Shown: one piece after another, positions 41,258 through 50,839 of the stretch
Numbering within the stretch: position 1 is the stretch's first letter
Layout: the number at the start of each line of letters is the position of its first letter
Origin: a virus
Direction: 5' to 3' (one strand)
IMG/VR virus record: IMGVR_UViG_3300017971_000027
Location: 1 to 64,000 of that record
Length of the DNA stretch: 64,000 nt
Notes under the pieces: generated by a model
What the model saw: the letters and a program-made list of their open reading frames with translations, nothing else
Told to the model about the DNA's origin: nothing
Database searches by the model: none
Made by a program: the position numbers and the translations under genes

Positions 41258-41696
41258 TAACTCTGAACCACCCTTAAGACTATGGCGTTGCACGACTTAC
41301 AGACGAAATTCAAAATGGTTAATTATTTACATGCAGATTTTTCATTATTCGCATTAGCTGTCAGACTTGCCTTTATCCATTGGACTTACGACTTCTGTGC
41401 CATATAGCCTAGGTCGTGGTAGGCCACCTTGTGAATAGTGAGACCAAGCTGGACTTTGTCAACTCCATACCTTAGCACCTATAGCATTATCAGCATTATT
41501 AGTCAACCGACTTCGAAAATTTAAATAAATCCTAGCAAACTCGAACATTTCTGTTGGAACGTGCTGGGCTGGCTGGGTTTCTGACTGGCCAAAAAGCGAA
41601 GTAATAATAATGCTAACGGCCCGTTTGGCCCGTTTCTGACACCTTGGCACGGGTCTTGCTTATACATATGCATCTGATTTGAAAGGAGGTGATTCG

Positions 41697-41927
41697 ATGA
41701 AGCTGAAAGCAAAACTGGACAGGGAAGTTGGCAACCTCGGAGACGTTCAATATTACGTCCTGAAAGTCGAGACTGACAAAGGCGTAGAGTTCACCTTCCG
41801 TCTGTCTTGCAACGATTACAGGCCGATTGCCGAACTGGAAAACGGTTCTCTTGCACGTCTGTCACACTATGAGGCCCGTGACGCTATGGATTTGATGGCA
41901 CGTCTCATCAATAAAGAGATAGCGTGA
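41697..41927 (+). CDS. hypothetical protein
   Basis: RBS AAGGAGGTG, ATG at 41697; followed by a hairpin at ~41949-41994. Confidence 0.7.
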   Translation: MKLKAKLDREVGNLGDVQYYVLKVETDKGVEFTFRLSCNDYRPIAELENGSLARLSHYEARDAMDLMARLINKEIA

Positions 41928-42018
41928 TCGGCATTTCTCGGCAAAACTGGGGTAGAATTTGAGGTCGGTCTACACGCCGATCTCATTTTACCCCTATAAA
42001 CATTGGCTAAAAAAGTTC

Positions 42019-42047
42019 TTGACTTTTGTCTCGAATTAGTGTATAGT
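42019..42047 (+). promoter_or_regulatory. sigma70 promoter for the noncoding locus
   Basis: TTGACT-N17-TATAGT; no RBS-led ORF follows for ~880 nt. Confidence 0.75.
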
Positions 42048-42053
42048 ATGTAT

Positions 42054-42630
42054 GCAAGGTTGGGACAGTAAGTACAGCCAAGCAGAACGGCAGTCTGGAG
42101 ATTGAGGCTCCGATAAATGCGAACGGCAGGACTGCCAAGCTCATTGACAGTTGAATAAATACGAAACATGCGACAAGATTCAGATGCCATACCACTGAGT
42201 GGATTCGAGCTGAGATAGGCAATGTTTCGTTGCGCCGGTGCTGGTGTAGCCCCGTGGAGAACCATTTGGGAGATAAGCCGACATGAACGTGTCGCAAAGG
42301 CACCAGCACCGGCAGGTCGGCGCACACATAGTAAGTCGCCAGAGTAAAGCGAAAGGAGCGGGTTGATCGCCGTGTACTGGGACTGGGTGCTGGCGCAGGC
42401 GCGATGCGAAAGTCCGCGAGTAGGTCGCATATGTGTGTGTCGACCATATAAAGTTTTCGAGTGGCCGCACGAGCTGGCAGTTTCACCCCAATCTGGAAGG
42501 TCTGCGAAACAGGCCATATAGGGGAGTATCGGGAATTGATCAGTCCGACTGAGACGCTGACGAAACTAATCGGGAATTAACTCGTAGATGGCGTATGGCG
42601 CGAGGGGTTGAGTCCTCGGGCTGTCAGTAC
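42054..42630 (+). ncRNA. unknown multi-domain structured RNA
   Basis: Stems GGCAGTC/GACTGCC, GCCGGTGCTGGTG/CACCAGCACCGGC (13 bp), GGTCGGCGCACACATA/TATGTGTGTGTCGACC (16 bp with G-U), GGTCTG-CGAAA-CAGGCC. Confidence 0.65.
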
Positions 42631-42632
42631 TC

Positions 42633-42807
42633 GTCGAGCCACTTTTAAGCACTGGATGTCGACGTTGGTTCGAATCCAACCGTAGCGGCCGCTGGCATAA
42701 CATTAAGCCCTGTCCTACTGAAAAGGTAGTAAGGCTGTCAGCATATGAGATCACTCGGCGTAGCTCAGAGGTCAGAGCGGTTCAGTGCTTATAGAATTTG
42801 GCTGGAC
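42633..42807 (+). ncRNA. YrlA-like Y RNA (circularly permuted tRNA mimic)
   Basis: T arm GTTGG-TTCGAAT-CCAAC (42664-80) precedes D arm TA-GCTC-AGAGGTCA-GAGC (42761-78); closed by TAAGCACTGGAT/GTTCAGTGCTTA and GTCGAGCCA/TGGCTGGAC. Confidence 0.7.
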
Positions 42808-42888
42808 GTTACCGTCTGTTGCCGAGACCCCGCTGGTAACGGCGGGAGCGGTGAAATTCCGTGGTAACGTCCGAACGAAATTTTCTTC

Positions 42889-42918
42889 TTGACAAACGAT
42901 ATTGACTTGTGGTATACT
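42889..42918 (+). promoter_or_regulatory. sigma70 promoter
   Basis: TTGACA-N18-TATACT within TGTGGTATACT. Confidence 0.85.
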
Positions 42919-42944
42919 AGGTTCAGAAGATAAGGAGATTGAAC

Positions 42945-44169
42945 ATGGCACTTCAAATTGAACAAGAAAGAGTCAACCGGATAGCTCGGCGGGTACGGAA
43001 GTCTAATCTGGACTTTGTCGAGGGCCAGCTCGAAGCGATACAGCTTCTGGCTGAAAGCATCGTGCGAAATGACCCTGACCGGCAGGGTCTCGTTGCCCAG
43101 CACATTGTCAATCGGGTTGGTCGTGCGCTGAGGAATTTGGACGCAGCACGTAACGCATAAGGAGACAGATTATGTTTATGACCAAGGCTGAAGCATGGAA
43201 ATATGAAAACACGGTCACCTGCGGGTTCTGTAAAGATTGGATCGACCCGAACGAATGCGACGAGAATTCCGAGTTGCTCGATTGGATCGGCGACGAGAAG
43301 GATGCCGACTACGAACTGTGTGATCGGACTGACGAATTGCATGTGTGCTACGATTGCGCAAAAGAGTTGAAGGTCGAGATGGAAGCACGGAAGTCCAACT
43401 GGGACGAGGTGGCAGAAGGAATGGCGTGGCCCTACAAGTAAGGGTCGCGCTGTTTCTATGTGTGTGTGTGGAGGTGAACATGAACAGCGTTGTTGCTAAA
43501 TGTCCATATGATGGATGTCAGAGAAAGATGGAACTGTTCTTCGATATATTCGAAGGCCAGTACGCAACGTGCGAGCATTGTGGCAAACTTTTCTGGCTCG
43601 AGTTGGAAGTCGCCATAATCAGCACATCAACACATAAGCTGAAAGGATATGAATAGCATGTACCATAAAGAACTTATCGAACAGTTGGAAGATTACTCGT
43701 TCAGGTCGGGTTACCTGAAGTCGAGTCTGGTACTGTTGGTCAAGGCTATTGAGTCGCATCTCGATTGCAACGACACAGAACCTGATAGCTGGCTCAGACG
43801 GCAGCTCGAAAGAGAACGCAAGACCCTTGAGCTTATCGCCGAGGCTGACAAAAGGAGAATGGCATGTATTGGAAGATAATGTTACCTGCAATCGTGATCG
43901 CGGTGTTCGTCTGCTGTATGGCATGTGTTGTGCAGTACGAGCGGAATGACATAGAACGTATCGAGAAGGCCGACAGGCTGCATATGATAGAGCCACCTGT
44001 ATTCGAACCGGCCAACACGACAGAAGTGGCCCATATGGCGAATTCGGGCGACGAGCCGGTGTACATGGTAGTACGGTATGAGGTGGCTGAGTCGGAGACG
44101 GGCTGGGAGACGGCTGCGGTCTTCGAAGTCGGCACGGGCCAGAAACTGAAGATAGAGGTTAGTGAATAG
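42945..44169 (+). other. operon of small hypothetical proteins (42945..43160, 43172..43441, 43480..43656, 43649..43879, 43864..44169 with N-terminal TM)
   Basis: AGGAG/GGAGG RBSs, coupled ORFs. Confidence 0.65.
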
Positions 44170-44184
44170 GAGAGGACAAGTGAT

Positions 44185-44406
44185 ATGCTACTCAACCAAT
44201 CACACGTCAAACAGTATGCGAAGTCGCTCAGGCCGAACCTTCGAGTCAGCTCGTCGTACATGGCTGCACTCAACGCCAAAGTTGCAGAGTTGATCGAAGC
44301 GCATGTCGGTGTTAACGGGTCGAGGAAAACTATGACCGATGCCGTGATAGATTATTGTTCGCAGGCGAAGGCATTGTCGAACGTGGACAGAAAGAAAGTC
44401 AGATAA
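44185..44406 (+). CDS. putative histone-fold protein
   Basis: LLN.S.VK.YAK...RVS..Y..AL..KV..LI......GSRKTM resembles prokaryotic histone alpha1-L1-alpha2-L2(RKT). Confidence 0.6.
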   Translation: MLLNQSHVKQYAKSLRPNLRVSSSYMAALNAKVAELIEAHVGVNGSRKTMTDAVIDYCSQAKALSNVDRKKVR

Positions 44407-44411
44407 ACCTC

Positions 44412-44441
44412 TTGACAAACACCACCTGTTTGTGGTATAAT
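44412..44441 (+). promoter_or_regulatory. sigma70 promoter
   Basis: TTGACA-N18-TATAAT within TGTGGTATAAT. Confidence 0.88.
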
Positions 44442-44518
44442 AAATCAGAAGGTTAGAAAAGGTTGACATAGGGTCGACCTAAAATGCTCGGCAGAGTCCG
44501 AGGGTAAAGGAGCCAATC

Positions 44519-45448
44519 ATGGCCAGAAAAATCAGCGCAGCAACGAGAGCAAAGAGAGCTAAAGAATCGAAAGAAAGAGTCCGAGGCGTGATGGACACTA
44601 TCATCTACGCTTTCGAGAACGGGACAGTAGCACCGGCATTAGCCCAGCGATGGCTCGTTCCTGCGGACGTACCGCAACGCAAATGGTCAATCCGAAACCA
44701 GATGCTCTGTGCGCTGGCTGGTGCGACTGATGCCCGTGGCTACAAGCTATGGCGTGATATGGGCCGTGAAGTGGTTAAAGGTAAATCTATCCGACTGCTT
44801 CGTCCGAACATGGTTCCTGTCGAGGAAGTCAATCCCAATACCGGCGAACTCGAAAAGAATTATGTCATGCGTGGGTTCAGATGCTTCGCAGCGTGGGACG
44901 TTTCCAATACGACCGGTCCTGAAGAAACTCTTCCAGCATACCTTGCCGAACATAAGAAATTCGTCGAGTCCCTACCTCTGGTCGAAGTGGCACAGAAGTG
45001 GGGCATCAACGTCATTGTCGGTGGCGGGAACGATAACAGCTCGACTATGGGATGGTTCCAGCCACGTACGCAGACTATCAAGCTGAACGTGGAGAATCTT
45101 TCGACGTGGACGCACGAGCTGATACATGCTGCCGACTACCGGCTTGGAAATCTAATCCACGACGACGAAACATGGCTGACCGAAGCAGTAGCTGAACTGG
45201 GCGGTGCGGTTCTTCTGAGCCTGATAGGCTACAAAGATGACGCCGACCTCGGTGGGGCTATGGAGTATATCAAAAAGTACGCTACGAGCGCAGATAAAAG
45301 GTTAGGGAACGCATGCGACCTCGCCATGAAACGTGTCGAAGCTGCTATCGACCTTATTATGGACGCTGCGGGATTGAGTGTTGACCTGTCCGGTGAATTG
45401 GAGGCTGAAGCTGCAGATGGCTCTGAGGACGAGCTGGTGGCTGCGTAA
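44519..45448 (+). CDS. ArdC-like antirestriction protein (ssDNA-binding domain + zincin-like domain)
   Basis: WS..NQ.L, RGY..W...GR.V.KG...I.L..P, F....WDVS.T.G, HELIH, E.VAE. Confidence 0.85.
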   Translation: MARKISAATRAKRAKESKERVRGVMDTIIYAFENGTVAPALAQRWLVPADVPQRKWSIRNQMLCALAGATDARGYKLWRDMGREVVKGKSIRLLRPNMVPVEEVNPNTGELEKNYVMRGFRCFAAWDVSNTTGPEETLPAYLAEHKKFVESLPLVEVAQKWGINVIVGGGNDNSSTMGWFQPRTQTIKLNVENLSTWTHELIHAADYRLGNLIHDDETWLTEAVAELGGAVLLSLIGYKDDADLGGAMEYIKKYATSADKRLGNACDLAMKRVEAAIDLIMDAAGLSVDLSGELEAEAADGSEDELVAA

Positions 45449-45460
45449 GCCACTTTTATG

Positions 45461-45501
45461 GGCGGGGTAAGGTATTCTTCTCTCCGGTACCTTACCTCGC
45501 C
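45461..45501 (+). terminator. long hairpin after the ardC-like gene
   Basis: GGCGGGGTAAGGTA/TACCTTACCTCGCC. Confidence 0.55.
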
Positions 45502-46215
45502 TTAGACGGGAAATTTGGAAGTCGAATAGCGAAGGAGTACCGTGTATGTCAAAGTTCTTCTGTGAGATTGACACCGAGACAATGCCGACTTCGCCGAAAG
45601 GTCAAGCTAAAGAGATTGCCAACACGCTCAGACGAACGTCTAGGCGCATCGAAGCAATGGCTAAGGCCGTCGAAGAAAACGGCAACTGGGAAAGCAAAGA
45701 GATACCACTGTACGATAACCTAGGGAATGTAGTTGGACGAGGCGCGTTCGACTTCGCAAACATGATTCGGATATCATGGGAGAAAAGGATGAGAATATGA
45801 TGCAAATTTTATTTACGTGCGAAATATGCAACCACACATGGGATGCCGGTGATAGGTACCTTATGTACGAAGACCTGAAGGACGACGATCGTCAGTTGTG
45901 TCCAGAGTGTGGCGGTCATGGCGACAGGAGCACGGGCGATTCTGGCGAAATGCTGAAGTATGAGTGTGACGTGTGTGGTTGTCGGTGGACTGCGCAGGAA
46001 TATCAAGCCGACTGTGCTATATGTCCGACATGCGAAGAGGAAGGAAATGTGGTAGATGCTGATGTAGCTGGAGAGGATAAACACTGGGAACGTGAAGGAT
46101 GGCAAGATGGATGTTGAGATTGTATTCTGGTTAAAGTCCATATCATGGTGGCTGTGTGTCTTAGCCATGTGCGACTTACATGAAACTCTGGCAAAGATAC
46201 TGAAAGGAATGAAGA

Positions 46216-46902
46216 ATGGCGAAAAAACAGAAAGAAGCAAGACATATACACGGGTGCCGGTTGACTGCTCGGGTACAGAATGTAAAGGCTCGGATATTCC
46301 CCGATACAGAATGCGCTGATGGACAAGCGATTATCGCCGAGCTGCAAGATATACTGGACCTAGTGGCCAAAGGCGAAAAAGAGAGACCGGCTGGATTGGC
46401 CGACAGCAACACGATCAACTATCACGGTATCAGTGTTCGTGGCGGTCTGGCGGTCGTGAGTATACTCGACGGGAAACAACCACACTATATTCGGCGAATA
46501 CCAAGAAACATCATCGATGCGAATGTAACATACCGATGCGAGTGGTGTCGTGAAAGTTGGGTGGCTTCATTTGCAGACGGCAGCGATACGTGTCCTGCGT
46601 GTGGTCGCCTGAATGCCGGTCAGGTCAAAGAAGTCGCAGACATAGGGTCAGACATAGGGACGCCGGTAGAAAAGCCGGTAGAAGCGAAAACTGATATCCC
46701 TGAACCTGTATCTGAACCGGTACCAGCCACGGAAGTCACACTGGAAGTCACACCGGAAGCTAACACGGAAGTCGAGATGACCGTGTCGAAACCGGAAGAT
46801 AAACCGAAACCGAAACGTAGAAAGCGTGGGAAAAAGCTCAAGCGTGTCCCGAGGAAAAAGGCTAACGTAGACAAACTAAAGAAGGATAAGAAAGATGCGT
46901 AA
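46216..46902 (+). CDS. hypothetical protein, zinc ribbon + P/E/T linker + basic tail
   Basis: CEWC...CPACG, then KPKPKRRKRGKKLKR. Confidence 0.6.
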   Translation: MAKKQKEARHIHGCRLTARVQNVKARIFPDTECADGQAIIAELQDILDLVAKGEKERPAGLADSNTINYHGISVRGGLAVVSILDGKQPHYIRRIPRNIIDANVTYRCEWCRESWVASFADGSDTCPACGRLNAGQVKEVADIGSDIGTPVEKPVEAKTDIPEPVSEPVPATEVTLEVTPEANTEVEMTVSKPEDKPKPKRRKRGKKLKRVPRKKANVDKLKKDKKDA

Positions 46903-47404
46903 ATACAAAGTAACTGACTGGCTGTTCGCTATTGCGTTCATTGGCACTATATTAGCTGCGTGTTGTGGCGGGTGCCTTGAACATGTCCATGCTCAGGAGA
47001 CGGTTTTGAAAACGAACGACTGGTTCGACATCACGATCACGCTTCCGAGCGAACCAGATGTCGCTGGCGTATATCTCATGTACCGACTCGAGAGTGCAGC
47101 CGACGACGACCCGTGGACGCTGGCTGGTAAAGTAGATGCTGGCCCTAACGAGTTCGTGACTGTCCGCGTGTCTGATGCAGTGTCTGGAGTGTTCCGATGT
47201 TCATCGATTATATATGATAACGCCGGTTCCGGTAACCTGTCAGACCGAGGGCTAAGTTTGAAGCTGGTCGAGGTCGACAAGGTACCGCCGTCTGGTGCTG
47301 TGCCTGATATTAGTGTGCCGTTAAAGGGCGACGTGAATGGTGACGGTCTGGTTAATTCGTCTGATATACAGGCTGTCGTTAATGCTGTGCTGGGAATTGC
47401 GTAA
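46895..47404 (+). CDS. secreted protein with Fn3-like domain and C-terminal dockerin-type repeat
   Basis: Signal-like N-terminus (VHA-Q), DVAGV, D.AG..N.S, GDVNGDGLVNSSDIQAVVNAVLG. Confidence 0.75.
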   Translation: MRKYKVTDWLFAIAFIGTILAACCGGCLEHVHAQETVLKTNDWFDITITLPSEPDVAGVYLMYRLESAADDDPWTLAGKVDAGPNEFVTVRVSDAVSGVFRCSSIIYDNAGSGNLSDRGLSLKLVEVDKVPPSGAVPDISVPLKGDVNGDGLVNSSDIQAVVNAVLGIA

Positions 47405-48045
47405 GACAGCATGGCAAGAGCATGACTGAGCGTGGAGCAAGGCGTGGAAGGAGGCGAGTGATGGGAAATTGGCATATAGAAAAAGCGATACGCTATCTTG
47501 CTGAAGAAACAAAGTGCCTCACCGCCGCTGTGGAAGCGCAGACGGCGATGCAGAGAAAAGGGCTGGCGTTGGTGTCCGCGTCCATATTGACGGACACCAA
47601 TCACGATGGGTGTAGAACCGAAGCGTGGGAAGATATTATCGCCTTCCGCGCAGACAGCGCACCGGCGCAGGACGAACAGGAGGTGGATGATGAGTGAAAA
47701 ACCACTGGAGGTAAGATGTGACGACTGTGACGCGCTAATCGAAATGGTACATGAGCACGAATCAACTTGTTGCGTCAATAAGCAAATGTGGGTTCGCCCA
47801 TGTCCGGCGTGTGTCAAAAAGAGGGCGTTGGCTATGTTTATGAAGGACAAATTCAAGACTGACGAACAGGAGGCCGACGATGGCGCAGAGTGAGCGGAAG
47901 ACGGAGAATACAACGCGACCAATTTGTCCACATTGTTATTCAGCGATAGAAGGAACGCTATGGCTATATGGAGCATTCAACATAGAACATTTAACGTGTG
48001 ATAAGTGTGGCGAGGAGTGTTACTACACACACTCATTACCATCTG

Positions 48046-48687
48046 GCTACACGACGCGCAAGCTGACCGAACAGGAGGGCGGGTAGATGGCGAAGAGTGA
48101 AATAGACGTTACTGGAAAAGGAAAGAAGTGTAACGCGCTTGTCAGAACGCCACCCAAAAAGGAAGGTAGCCCACACGGGTTAGCGAAATGTGGGAAACCG
48201 GCGACGAGACAGTATGGCGAATATTATATGCGCTGTGACGAACATAGAATTATAGGATGGGCAAGCTAATGGCGCAGAGTGAACAGAAAAGCGGGCCGCG
48301 ATGGACTGACGTATGTGCGATATGCGGCGAACCTGCAACGCACTGGTGCGCCGGTTGCGATACAGAGTTCTGTTGCGAATGCGGGCAAGAACACGAAACA
48401 AAGAATCCATGTGACCATGCGAAGACCCATTCTGTTGATTCCAAAGAGGCTATCGAGGATTGGATGGACGGATGGCGACGGATGGCGGGTAGATGAGTGA
48501 GAACACAACGAACACTGAATGGCCTGTCTGCCCGTTGTGCGGGCATACTAATGATAGTTATGGATTTATTGGCCGAACCATAAACCCGGTAACGTGGCAT
48601 TGTGAACGGTGTGGCAAACAATACATGGTTGAGTGTAGATATTGCTACACGACGCGCAAGCTGACCGAACAGGAGGGCGGGTAGATG
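48046..48687 (+). repeat. 44-bp exact direct repeat (48046-48089, 48644-48687)
   Basis: GCTACACGACGCGCAAGCTGACCGAACAGGAGGGCGGGTAGATG. Confidence 0.95.
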
Positions 48688-49491
48688 AGTGATGGATGGG
48701 CAGATTGTGAGCGATGGTGTTCCTTGCGGATAGCGCACATGAAGAAACACGAAGCATCCGACCAGCGCGACGGCGTGGTGTGTGGAGAATATATGTATAC
48801 GTGCTGTGGTGGGAACATAGTTCCGAAATGTTGTGGCGATGAAGGTGTTGGCATTTGTCATTCTTGCGCGTCGAAGCTGGAATCTGAGCGGGACGAGTTG
48901 CGAGGTCGGTTAGTTCTGGCGGTCGATAGATTTAAGAAAGCAGAGGCCGAGCGGGACGCGCTAAAATGGGTTGCGTGTAACCGTTACAAGGTCCAGCGAG
49001 ACATAAGACACCCAAACGGCTACGTGGTTATAGGTGACGGGCTGACACTTGGCGTTGGTGATACGTGGAATGATGCGGTCTTGAACGGATACGGGCGGAT
49101 GAAACGTGAGTCAGACCCACTCCCGATAGACGATTACGAAGAAGATCCCGGTGCATGTGGATTTGATGGGAAACACGTAGACATAACATAGGAGTGCGCA
49201 ATGTATCAAGTATCACAAAAGACATACCCGCTCCCGTCGGAGGTGGATGAATGAGTGAGATTTGGTTGTGTGGCAAGGCGATAAAATGCGACCTGTGCAG
49301 AACGGACGGTAAGTGTGTTGGATGTAGAGAACTCCGCGCCGAGTTTGCCGAGTTGCGGGCGGCTAATGACGCGAGCGTGATTGGCGAATGGTATATAGAT
49401 GCCGGTTCATATGGGAATGAACCAGTATGCGTGGTAAGAGATATTGAGGGCAACGAGCTTGGGCGCAGTGATAACGTGTCAGACGCGCTTG

Positions 49492-49844
49492 TCGCCGCGT
49501 TCAGGGCGAAGAAAGCGCAGGAGGTGGATGAATGAAGATAATAGATAATGACGATGATTATATCGCCCATCTTGAAGAGCAAGATAAAAGACGGCGCGAC
49601 CGAGTCCAAGAGCTACTCAAGGAAACACGCGAACTCCGCGCCGAGAACGAACGGTTACGCGCCGAGCGCGATGAACTCAAAGAGGCGGTGGAGTGGTGGA
49701 ATACCCGTCCAGACTATCGTGTCCCCGAAATCGTGTGGAATGATGCGCCGGGCGCACAGAACTATCGCGTTGAAAACGGCGGCGATTTCGATACGTTCAC
49801 AGAAGCGCTACTCGCCGCGTTCAGGGCGAAGAAAGCGCAGGAGG
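49492..49844 (+). repeat. 33-bp exact direct repeat (49492-49524, 49812-49844)
   Basis: TCGCCGCGTTCAGGGCGAAGAAAGCGCAGGAGG. Confidence 0.95.
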
Positions 49845-49853
49845 AAACAACCG

Positions 49854-50333
49854 ATGGATGACGTTCTGTTCAGCAGCAAGTCAGGAGAATGGGAAACGCC
49901 ACAAGAGTTGTTCGACATACTGGACGAAGAGTTCCACTTCACACTCGATGTATGTGCTTCAGCAGACAATGCCAAATGCAAGACATTCTATAACGAGAAG
50001 ATAAATGGCCTCGACAAACCATACGGTGACTTCGTCTGCTGGATGAACCCGCCTTACGGTCGTGGCATAGGGGCGTGGATCGAGAAAGCCTACAAAGAAG
50101 CACAGGCCGGTGCTACGGTCGTATGTCTCGTACCAGCCAGAACAGACACACGCTGGTGGTGGGACTGGGCGACCAAGGCTCATGAGATTCGGTTTCTCAA
50201 AGGCCGGTTGAAGTTTGGTGGAGCACCGGCGTCGGCCCCATTCCCATCCGCTGTACTTGTATTCGAAAGTTGTAAATGTAGTTTTGGTCCACATACATCG
50301 TGGTGGAATTGGAAGGAGGATGAGTATGTATGA
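49854..50333 (+). CDS. phage DNA N6-adenine methyltransferase (phage Dam family)
   Basis: WETPQ, FTLDVCA, WMNPPY, LVPARTDT.WW, RFLKGRLKF, APFPS; true start MDDVLFSS at 49854. Confidence 0.93.
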   Translation: MDDVLFSSKSGEWETPQELFDILDEEFHFTLDVCASADNAKCKTFYNEKINGLDKPYGDFVCWMNPPYGRGIGAWIEKAYKEAQAGATVVCLVPARTDTRWWWDWATKAHEIRFLKGRLKFGGAPASAPFPSAVLVFESCKCSFGPHTSWWNWKEDEYV

Positions 50334-50766
50334 ATGCCCGTCATGTGAACGACAGTACGAAAGACCAGAACCAACAAAATCCAGACCACGGCCTCGGCTG
50401 TGCCTAGAATGCTACGAGAAGCGATATCTCGCGTACGTTGACATGTGTATCGAGGCCGGTGATAAAATCCCGTCTGAGTTAAAATGGGAACGGTTTGGCG
50501 CAAGAAACTCGACTACAACAACAAAGACTATAGAACGTGAAGAGGCAGAACTGGTAGGCGGTCTCTCGAAACGTCATGTTGTGGCGGCGTTGAAAGCTAT
50601 GTTCTTGGAGAAACCGTCATTCGACACAATGGCACCATACAGGATCGCGTTGCCACAGTCATCTTGTGTGTCGAACGATTCTGCATCAGAGATGGTTGCT
50701 GTGCTGGACGTCTGGCCGACAGAAAGCGATCTCGGGCCGTTGGAGGACGCGCTCGAACCTGCGTAA
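50326..50766 (+). CDS. hypothetical protein with N-terminal CxxC pairs
   Basis: MYECPSC...CLEC. Confidence 0.5.
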   Translation: MYECPSCERQYERPEPTKSRPRPRLCLECYEKRYLAYVDMCIEAGDKIPSELKWERFGARNSTTTTKTIEREEAELVGGLSKRHVVAALKAMFLEKPSFDTMAPYRIALPQSSCVSNDSASEMVAVLDVWPTESDLGPLEDALEPA

Positions 50767-50771
50767 GGCAT

Positions 50772-50839
50772 AAGAATAGCCCTGTTACAATACCTAGGTT
50801 TTTGCAATCTTCCCCTAGGTTGCGTAACAGGGCTTTCTT
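50772..50839. terminator. bidirectional terminator at the convergence point
   Basis: AGCCCTGTTAC...GTAACAGGGCT with inner ACCTAGG/CCTAGGT and T-rich flanks. Confidence 0.75.

Larger units (their letters stand above)
47461..49861 (+). other. mosaic of small Cys-rich genes sharing junction repeats
   Basis: ORFs 47461..47697, ~47687..47893, 47880..48086, 48087..48269, 48269..48496, 48493..48684, 48685..49191, 49251..49535, 49532..49861. Confidence 0.65.

Noticed and set aside
42530-42590. Hammerhead ribozyme (CTGACGA...GAAAC)
   Set aside because: The two core motifs overlap with no stem II between them.
42640-42695. tmRNA 3' end
   Set aside because: No CCA end or matching GGGG 5' acceptor strand, and no tag frame identified.
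42754-42830. Canonical tRNA gene starting CTCGGCG-TAGCTCAG
   Set aside because: It has a D arm and a possible acceptor pairing with TGCCGAG, but no downstream T arm or 7-nt anticodon loop; the T arm lies upstream.
49548-49853. N-terminal extension of the methyltransferase in the ORF track
   Set aside because: It overlaps ORF 49532..49861 in another frame; the RBS and motif start support ATG 49854.
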